In this document: positions 10,501 to 18,400 of the stretch, in pieces | Position numbering within the stretch: position 1 is the stretch's first letter | Layout: each line of letters begins with the position of its first letter | Assembly: GCA_964609925.1 (NCBI GenBank) | Contig: CAZSUJ010000004.1 | Location: 9,534 to 73,533 of the forward strand | Origin: an uncultured Chthoniobacter sp. | GTDB taxonomy: Bacteria; Verrucomicrobiota; Verrucomicrobiia; Chthoniobacterales; JACTMZ01 | Direction: 5' to 3' | DNA: 64,000 nucleotides | Notes under the pieces: generated by a model | The model's database searches: none | The model's input: the letters and a program-made list of their open reading frames with translations, nothing else | Told to the model about the DNA's origin: nothing | Translations under genes and position numbers: made by a program

Positions 10501-10966
10501 TGTCACGGCCGCAAACATCCTCGGCACCTCGCCGGCGTCCGCGGTTGTCGTGGCGACCACGATGCATCCGATGTCCTCGCTTGCAGCGTGGAACTCCGAG
10601 TATCTCGCCAGCCTGCCGCCGCAGGATCAGGCCAACACGGCGGACCCGGACCGTGACCGGATCCTGAACATTCTCGAATACGCCCACGCCAGCAGCCCGA
10701 CCCAGCCCGGCGCGAACCCCTTCCAGATCGGACCGCCGGTCGCGCAGAGCGTGACCATCCAGTTCCCTTGGAACTGGCGGGCAACGGACATCACCTGGCG
10801 CGTGCGCGGCGGGACCAATCTGGCCAGCATGTCGGCCTGGTCGGTTGTCACTCCCACGAGCGTGCAAACCAACCGCAGCGGGGATGTGGATGTCATCCGC
10901 ATGACGTTCCCGTGCGGCGTCATCCCGTGCCGGTTCTTCGTGCTCGAGGTTTTGCCTGCGCCCTGA
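7553..10966 (+). CDS. Secreted multidomain glycoside hydrolase: 2x F5/8-type-C (CBM32-like), ricin-B, GH128-like (Glyco_hydro_cc) catalytic core, ricin-B, Fn3, C-terminal TSP3-like module
   Basis: The ATG at 7553 gives the signal MTARVCSRTLAAVLASAALVPVVMA. Two discoidin-like domains (...VDGIAGNFHSFRS..., ...AFDGYIDNRSRWL...). Ricin-like QxW repeats (EWQLL, QDWRML, TQLWNT). Clan GH-A core motifs YNPMQWG, FMGFNEPD, DHTAVHWY, PIWLTEFS. Fn3 with SWAPVDAADSYAIER. The tail is ...DPDRDRILNILEYA...CRFFVLEVLPAP. Confidence 0.75.
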   Translation: MTARVCSRTLAAVLASAALVPVVMAQRVNVAKYQTVTASSTSSTYRPDFAVDGIAGNFHSFRSSGAFWLEVSYPAPIAIASAHVYLGLLEGSTTQVLSNFRFQYHDGAGWLDIPGSVVTGNTLAERSVIFSQAVTATRFRLLSNDASGSRTVRELAFFPPNIVGNVEQGQPLGTDVNLNLAYKRPATASSHQIVNTNGAGYPKNAFDGYIDNRSRWLIQPTNISGTNVYLSGEFLEVDLLATNLIGSAHVYSGIMSTNRTSSSPIPDFELQYLSGTNWLVIPGTSVAGNTNPSLVVPFATNVATSRVRLVTTSATPARLQELLLFPPRTGGYPVGQEVINAAPSTNTWERLSDSFYRVRNAGPDLRIGLVSGAVVNVPADANNPQRTEWQLLLNYRDGTYRVRNAESGLCLALARDLNGQISTSNNTPVVAEQYTGLPHQDWRMLYANATNFSLANAYSGLVIQPSGSSWSSGTPLVVSTVNTSNVTQLWNTSFRRHYPKKGIAGTLNPNPFNTNITYHRDFFDRLGGGSWSYVWGRPFNSNFPYLDHNHVYNPMQWGNFSWTHGSAQGPMENLHRELQSNPKPVYFMGFNEPDKTEQGFITVEEAVMRWPRFEARDVPLVSPVPADTFSEWSTNFFSQAEDNGYRVDHTAVHWYAAPSASSLITNVLWKAYTNYGNRPIWLTEFSVVPWGVTNTNTAWTEKDNFDFLAEFMWRAEGISWIKRYSLFCFTTGGSTNNPNYTYAPRSDTFNADGSLTPFGQLYAGWDGVTNVVTNRAYHLHAFGSYQRGRNPGGTSAPTAVSPSNNIAGTQWTLFPATTTTNTNTFRIISTLDGRPLRTTNGTNVSLGTNGETGAAVEWRLAADQNGLQFIQHPASGNRRLHLASNSSTLTMVASNNTTDFSEWRFVRPAVSETAAPPTSPTGVTANGGVASVVVSWAPVDAADSYAIERLDPVQLTWSNVVTGLTQTAWTNNALPGNTTNSYRVTAANILGTSPASAVVVATTMHPMSSLAAWNSEYLASLPPQDQANTADPDRDRILNILEYAHASSPTQPGANPFQIGPPVAQSVTIQFPWNWRATDITWRVRGGTNLASMSAWSVVTPTSVQTNRSGDVDVIRMTFPCGVIPCRFFVLEVLPAP
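10571..10963 (+). other. Copy A of the recurrent TSP3-like + beta-rich module (C-terminal)
   Basis: SSLAAWNSEY...ADPDRDRILNILEYAHASSP...MSAWSVV...CRFFVLEVLPAP-stop. Confidence 0.6.
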
Positions 10967-10996
10967 GGCGGAAGCGCTATCGACCGCGCAAGGCGC

Positions 10997-12280
10997 TCAG
11001 AAATTCACGCCGGTGAAGAATCCCGCGATGAAGCCGTCACTCACCTCCGGTCCGCCCGCGGGCTGGATGATGCATTGGACGAAGGGCTGCAGGAATGCCC
11101 AGCCATTGATCTGCACTCGGTAGCCTCCCTCGACCACCATCGTCCCCGTGCGATTGGAACTCCGGCTGTCGCGGCCACCGGCGACAGCCACCTGCGCGAA
11201 GTCGGCGCTCCGCCCAGGCGCAGGGCCTTGGTAAACCAGCCCGCCCTGAGCGTAGAGCGGCCACCGGTTGTTGTAGGGTGGCGCGAAGCTGACCATGCTG
11301 AAGAGACGCAAGCCTTCCTCAGCCGAGCCGGGTTCTCGGAAGAGCATCTGGTCGGCTTGCCAGTAGAACCCGTAGCGGCTCCCGCCGTCATCGTTGCCCT
11401 GCCCGTAGAAATAGCCGCCGAAGGCGTATTTCCCCGGTAGCTTCCCCTCGCCCACCAAGGGCGTGAAGCCGGTCTCGCCCATGAAGAACTCCCCGTTGTT
11501 CGCGGGATCGTGAGCGTCGCCTTGCATCATCAGCCCGTGGTTTTCCGCGAGCGTCCCCTCGGGATAGCTCATGAACAAGCCGACCTTCGTGTATTGCCAG
11601 TCGAGCGGCTTGACCTCCACCGTGCCGCCCCAAGTTGAAAAACCCGACGAGAACGGGATGTTCCCACCGAGGCCTTTCGCGCTCTGGATGGCGGCGTTGA
11701 GGAAGTTGAGGGAGAGCGGTTGGTTCAGAAACTCGCGCACCGGACGCAGCCAGCCTCCCGACAACGCGAGCAAGCCCTTGCGTCCGCCGAGCCCCGACGT
11801 GCTATAGCGCAGTCCGCAGGCTGCGAGACGCCAATCCACGCCGGTCTCGTAAGGTGAAGGGTTGAACATCCCAGCGGCCCGCACGGCCTCGTTGGGATTG
11901 TCCGCAGACGCGGGATCACGCCAGCGGCCCTCGATGAAGCCGTCCAACCCGTCGAGGAGCCGGGTGCCCAGAACTTCGTCGAAATCCACCACCGCTCCGA
12001 AGGCGAGCTCTTGGTCGAAGAAACCGGCCGCTCCCTCCTCGCTCGCGACAACTCCATAGAATCCCCCGCGCCAGCGCCCCTCGAACTCGATCCCGCCACT
12101 CGACAAAGCTTCGCGCGCGCCGAACCAGTCCCCTGTCATCTGCCGCCCGTTCCACCACCGGGGAAGCGCCGCGGGAGCCGCCGGGCTCCCGGCCCGGCTC
12201 GCGCTTGCGCACACGATCCAGACGATCAAGACCGCCGCCCGCCGCCAGATGTCCGTTCGATACCTCGACTTTGTGCCCAT
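10997..12280 (-). CDS. OprB-family carbohydrate-selective porin
   Basis: The ATG at 12280 gives MGTKSRYRTDIWRRAAVLIVWIVCASA. The OprB-type N-terminus is MTGDWFGAREALSSGGIEFEG. The sequence has an alternating beta-strand character and ends in FFTGVNF (C-terminal Phe of an outer-membrane barrel). Confidence 0.75.
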   Translation of the reverse strand: MGTKSRYRTDIWRRAAVLIVWIVCASASRAGSPAAPAALPRWWNGRQMTGDWFGAREALSSGGIEFEGRWRGGFYGVVASEEGAAGFFDQELAFGAVVDFDEVLGTRLLDGLDGFIEGRWRDPASADNPNEAVRAAGMFNPSPYETGVDWRLAACGLRYSTSGLGGRKGLLALSGGWLRPVREFLNQPLSLNFLNAAIQSAKGLGGNIPFSSGFSTWGGTVEVKPLDWQYTKVGLFMSYPEGTLAENHGLMMQGDAHDPANNGEFFMGETGFTPLVGEGKLPGKYAFGGYFYGQGNDDGGSRYGFYWQADQMLFREPGSAEEGLRLFSMVSFAPPYNNRWPLYAQGGLVYQGPAPGRSADFAQVAVAGGRDSRSSNRTGTMVVEGGYRVQINGWAFLQPFVQCIIQPAGGPEVSDGFIAGFFTGVNF

Positions 12281-12418
12281 CAATACCGCCCCGGGGGGAG
12301 CAGCGCTGGCCTCCCGTGCGAAGAACGTCACTGGAGCGTGCCAACGGGGCGCAATCTATTAGCTCACCTAATACATGGCAAGCGCAAGAATCCCCGGCAG
12401 GACGAAGTCCAGGGCTTA

Positions 12419-15400
12419 TCAGGGCACGTTGAAGACGACCTTGTGCGTCAGCATCCGCTTCGGCGCGATGGCGAGCGGGGTCGGCCCGGTCACGGGCGAA
12501 GCACCGCGGCTGCCGTCGGGATTCAGCCGATAGAAGGAAGTGTAGCGCGTTTCCCAACCGGGATTGAAGGCCACGAACGTCGTCTCGACGCTCGTCGGGC
12601 TGAGCCGTTTGGTGAACGTGGCGGTGAGGACGATGGACGAGTTCGCATCGGCGCCGCCGGCGTCCTTGGCCCGCGCAACGTAGGTCCAGTCGAGGTCGCC
12701 GTAGTCTTTGAAGCTCGAAAGAAACGTCAGCACGCTCGTCGAAAGGATGGAAGGATTGCGCGCCGCGAACTCACCGGGGGCGGCAGTCGTGGTTACCCAA
12801 CTCGACCACAGGCGATCGATGTAGGGCTGGACGGCGGGCGTGTTCGGCGTGGTCCCGGTCATGGGGAATGGCTGGTCACCGGGGTTGTAAGGCACGCCGG
12901 CCATGGCCGCGGTCATGCTCATGGAGAGCCATTCGGCAGGCTGGAAAAGCGCGGAATTCCGGGCGTCCGTCCACTCCTGCCGCATGGTCGTTCCGGCCCA
13001 GCGGCGCATGTAGGTCGTATCACGGGCCATACCGAGGGTCCACGCGGTGGGCGGGTAGGCTTGGATGAAGCGGGAACCGGTCGGGAAGGCATAGAAGAAG
13101 TTGTTCAGCGTGACTTCGGCCTTCTTCGTCAGTGACTGCCCCGCGCTGGCCTTTCCGCCGAAAGCCTCGGGCGACTCGTAGAACGCCAGCGGACTGGCCT
13201 CGACGTAGCCCGTGTTGACCGGCCATCCGGCGTTGTTGCCGTTGTTGATCACCTGACCCGAGTCGATCGTCGTGACCGGGACCCACGAGTGCAGGTTGAG
13301 CGGCGAGTTCGCCAAGTTGTAGTTCTTGTCGAGGAAGTAGGCCTCCCCAGCCGCGAGGTTCGAGGTGAACAGGTAGATACCGAGGTCGAGCACGGCTTTG
13401 CGGTCGGTGGCCGCGCCCCAAAGGATGGCCGCGGACCACGCTTGGATTCCCTCGAACACGGAATTCTCGTTCTCGCCATTGTATTTGTCGCTCAGGGTGC
13501 CGTAAGCGCCCCAGTAGCCGAGCGGATTGGTCGTGTCCAAAACCGCCGTGGTGCTCCCCGGCATCGCCCCGCTGGCCCACGGGTGTCCGGTGAACTGGTC
13601 GAAGAACGCGAACTTCTGGTAGCTCATCCGCGCGTCCTTGTAGAGGCTGGCATCCAACGCGGCGTTGTCGGGATCGTAAGCCAGCGTCATGAGCAACTGG
13701 TCAATCGCCGTGCCCATCTGGCTTTGGGAAACCCAGAGGTCAGCCGGTTTGGTGTTGATGTTGGGCTCCCACGCGCGGTCGAAGATGCCGGCGAGGGCGG
13801 CCGAGCTGAGGTAATAGCCGTAGAAGTAGTGCTGGTCGTTCCACTGGTCGGACACGCCGAAGCCGCTCCACAGCATGCCCTTTTCCCACTTCGAAAGGCC
13901 GGTCTTTGTCGCGTTCTGCACGGGCGAGACCGTAGCCGGGTTTTGCACCGAGCTGACGACACCCCAAGCGGGCTGCGTGGCCGTCGGGTTGATCACGATG
14001 CGGCCGGTGCCCTCGTCGTATTGCGAGTAGTAGGCCATGTTCCACAGATTGGCCAAGGACTGCGGCGAGGGATTGTTCTCGGAGGGCGGGTCCAAGAAGA
14101 GGAGGCTGATGGCGCGCTGCATGCCCTGCACGGAACTCTTGAGCGCGTCGTTCATCCCGCCGAAGGGATTGTTCTGGGCGAAAACCGGGAACTCGTAGGA
14201 GTTGGCCGGGGTCTTGGCCGCGTTCAAGGCGTAGGAAGTGATGTCGACATTCGGGTAATTCGCGGCGTTGGTCGCGACTGACTGCTGGAGGTTGAAGACA
14301 TCGCCGAGGAAGTTGGCGGCGGCCCCGAACTGGTTGCCCAAACCGTAGCCGTCCGGCGCGGAAGAACCGAGGAACGCGCCGTTGAAAGGCGCGAGGCCCT
14401 GACTGGTGAGCTTCGTATATTGGGCGATGATCGAATTATAGACGACCTCATCCACACCGGTGGTCTGGGGTGCGACCTGGCCACGGTAGAAGAAGGCCGG
14501 CTGGACAATGCGGGGGAAAGGCGTAAGCGTAACGCACCAAGTCAAGGCGGGCGGACTGTCCTTTGTGGCCACGCCCTCGGTCCCGGGGATGTATCTGGCT
14601 GGCGCCGCACCCGAGGGAGGCGGATTCTTGTTGAAGCTGGCAACCGAGCCGTTGGACAGGACGGCAACGAATCTCGCGGGGAATCCTTTCGGGTTGTGCA
14701 CGGAGACGGGGTCGGGATTGCCCGAGCCCGACCAGTTGGTGGCCACCGGCACCACGCTGAGGCTCGAGTTGTAGCCGCTGCCGGGTGCGGTGACGTTGAT
14801 CGCCGTGATTCGTCCGTCCGTCACCACGACATCAGCTTGGGCGGGCGATGTGGGAAGAGGGTCTCCTTGGTTGAACCACAACTTCAAGCTGGGCAGGTAG
14901 TTGCTCCCAGAGCGCAGGATGCGCACCGCCTTGACCCCGCCGTTGGTATCGAGCACGGGCTGCAAGGCGGCGTCGAAGCCGAGGCCGCCGAAGATCGCGT
15001 ATTCCAAGGGATCGTAGGTCAGGCCCGCACCCGCATTCGAGATGATCAGGTTGGTCGCCTCGATGATACCATTGGTCGGGATGGTGAAACCAATGACGGG
15101 AGCGACCACGTTCGTGACCGCGGGATCTGAAGGGTCCTTGGCCAGAAAGCTGACCTGCGTCTCGGAATCGTAACCCGGGACCAGCGGCGAGGTAATGTCG
15201 GCCCCATTGACGGAATAGGTGGCGTAAACCCGCGCCACGGCGTTGGTGGTCGGGGAACCGCCGACGAAGACGACATCCTTCGGTGAGTTGATGATGAAAT
15301 CCGAAGGAACACCGTCGCCCAGAACCACATTGGCGACCCTGCTGCCATTGAAGAACGTCTTCAGGCCCACCGTCTTGGGCGGCACCGAGTCGTCCGTGAA

Positions 15401-18400
15401 GGAGGCGGTGAGCGTGTTGGTGGCAGCATAGTTGCCTTGGTTGATGATCGCCGCCTGGAAGGTGCCCGGAATCTTCGTCATCCTCGCGGTGGCCGTCTGG
15501 GCGTTCGTGCTGTTTGTCCCCGGTGGGATGGACACGGTCACAACCGGCGGGTTGCCATCCACCGAAGGGTAGGAGCCCGCGCTGCCGGTTCCGCCGTAGG
15601 GCGGGTCGATCTGGAAGATGTTGCCGGGCTTCACGACTTCGAACTGGGCGCCTGTGCCGGTGCCGAAGAGGCTCACGTTGATGCTGTTGGTGTTCGTGGG
15701 GGAGAAATCGAAGCCCGCCCCGCCCTCAACCACGTTGACCAGACCCGGCAGCATCGCGCCGGTGTTTCCGTCAAAATTCGGCACGATGATCGGAGGATCG
15801 ATGTTTTGGCCGCCCTGGGTGGCCGTCATGACCGACGAATAGCCACTCCCCTTGTCGAGCATGAAGATCGCGAGCACCTTGCCGCCGCCGACCTGCGCGT
15901 AGGCCTTGGCCTGCCGGCCGCCGGCCGCGGTCGGAGGATCGATGGTGACGCTGACGGTCGCCGGGGGAATGCCGTCGGGATAAGACTGACCCTTGCTGAC
16001 CACATCGACCTGCTGGACCTCCCCCCGGTAGGCATCGACGAGAGCGACGGCGGTGGCGCCGTTGCCCTTGTTCGAACTATCCACGATGGCGACCTGCGGC
16101 GCCGCCGTGATCTTGGTGTAGTTGGTGCCGACATCGGTGATGATGATGCCCGGGATGCCGGTCTGGGTAACACGGCGGGAGTAGTCCGGAGGGGGAAGGC
16201 TCGGGAGGAAATTCTGGAACGGATAGGCCACGGTGAAGGAGTCCGTGATGACGGGCTTGAGGTTCCCGCGCAGGCTCCAGTAGTTCCAACGCGAGGCGGT
16301 GGTTGGCGTGGTGCGATTGGCGTTGGGGGGTGCGCTTGCGGGGATGGGGAAATCGCGACCGTAGGAACGCAGCGGGCTCCACACGACCTCGGGGCGCGCG
16401 GCCTTGGTCAAATCGGGGCCGAGCGTGATCGGTTGGTATTGATGCGGGTTGAGAGCGATCACGGTCTGCCGTGAATCCGCGGTCATGCCGGCTGCCGCCG
16501 GACGCCCGGCCGCAGCGTAAGGATTGCGCACATCGACACGGAAAGTCGTCTGAGACTCGGTCATGTTGTCCACCGTGTAGTCGATGCTCGTCGACGTGGG
16601 GAAATTGAAGGCGTATTGGCCGAGCGACGACGCCCAGTCGCGCGCCGCCTGGTCCATGATGCGGCGGCTGTCGGCGGGGACGCCAGTGTGGTAGTAGCGC
16701 ATTGGCGGGACGTTCGCGACGACGAACCAGTTCTTCGCGCGCGGTTGGACGAACTCGAGGAAGAAGAAGGGGTTGCCCTGTGCGTCGGTGCCGTTGTTGA
16801 AGCCCGGGGCGTTGGCGGGCGGCCCGAGTTTGACCGGACGAACGGTGTCCGTGCGGTAGAAGACGGCGGTGTAGGTGTGATTGTTCTGCCCGGGCGCGTT
16901 GATCGTGTTGCCGGCCTTGTTTTTGTAGGGTCCGGGCGGGGGATTGAAGCCGCCGGGCTGCTTCGACGGGGTGTCGAAATACCATGGCGGAACCTCCTGA
17001 TACCATTGGTTGGGATTCACGTGGTTGCCGTAGAGCAGCACGAACTGCACGCCGCTGACCCCGGGAACACTCCACGGTCCGCCGGCCACCATGCCCGCGC
17101 CGGTGCCGGTATTATTGCTGATCGCGCCGTTCGTGTTGGCGCGGATGAGATTGTAGAAGGTCGTGTAGCGGGCGTTGTTGACCTCGCACCACGCGTAGGG
17201 CAGCCCCTGCCCCACCGTCATCTTGAGGTAGTTCCCCTTGCCCGGCTGGTTGAAGGGCGTGCGCTGGTAGCGGTTGGCCGCGTAGTAGTTCGTGGCCCGC
17301 AGGCTCGCCGCCTCATAGATTATGTCCGCATCGAAATCCCCGACGCGATCGACCTTTAGCGAGAAGGGAGTCTGGTCCTCGGCTGAAGCGCCACGATCCC
17401 ACACCGGGTAAGGAAACGGATCATTCGTCCCGCCGGGCCGCAGGTTCCATGCGCCGGGTTGCAGGACTTCGTCCGGACGCAGATTGCCCGGCACCACCAC
17501 CGTGGTCTCCAGGGGTCGCATGGCGAGGTAAAGCCACGCCTGATGCCACGAGACCGGCACGCTGGAGGCAGTCAGCTTGTCACCGTATTGGTAGAAGAAG
17601 GGGTTGACGGAGGAGAGGTTGACCCCGCGCACGATGGTCTTGTCCTGCCAATAGTCGGTGTTGAGCGGAAAATTCTTCATCGGCTTCGATTGGTAGCCGA
17701 AGGGACCCGGAGCCCAGTTGTAATTGACGATGAAGGGATTCAGGAAAAGCGGCTGCTGGTCCACGCGAACAGGGTTCCATGTGCCGGCGGAGCGGCCGCC
17801 GTCGGGGGCGTTGGTATTCTGCGGCCACTGGTAATTGAAATAATCCCAATCCGAGCCGGTGTAGTTGCCGTAGTCGCCCGGCGCGTGGATACCGGGCTTG
17901 ATGCCGGGCGGCGGCGTGCCATCCGCCCAGAGGAACCAGCCGAGCCAGGAACGCAGCGGCGGACGCACGCCATTGGTCGAGTAGTCCTGCAGGAGATCGG
18001 CGGTGAAGCTGCCGCGGGCGGCACCAACGGCACTCGGATACTTCGATGTGTCGGGGGTCGGATCAGTGGAACTGACGGGTGCCGCTTCCGTGCGCACGCT
18101 GACATTGGGCAACGGCGGCAAGCCAGCCCAAGCGCTGCCGACGTTCGTGCCGATATGGAACACGGTGTCCCCCGGTCCGCCGGCGGAGGAAAACCGCGGC
18201 AGCGCCCCGGCCGATGCGTCCGCCGGGAGGCGCACCTCGAGGGTGAAGAAGCGCATCGGGTTGAGGTCCACAGGATGGCCGTAAACGGTGTAGCCATCAC
18301 CTTCCTCGAGAACAACGGGCGTGCCATTGGCCGGTTCCCACTGGCCCAGAACAGCCGAACTCATCACGCGCACCTGCGCGCTGCCGACACTCTGGTCGCT

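Noticed and set aside
10963-11000. Possible bidirectional terminator hairpin between the convergent GH128-like and porin genes
   Set aside because: The stem is only CTGAG(G)CG/CGCTCAG with a bulge and a ~23-nt loop, with no U-tract on either side.
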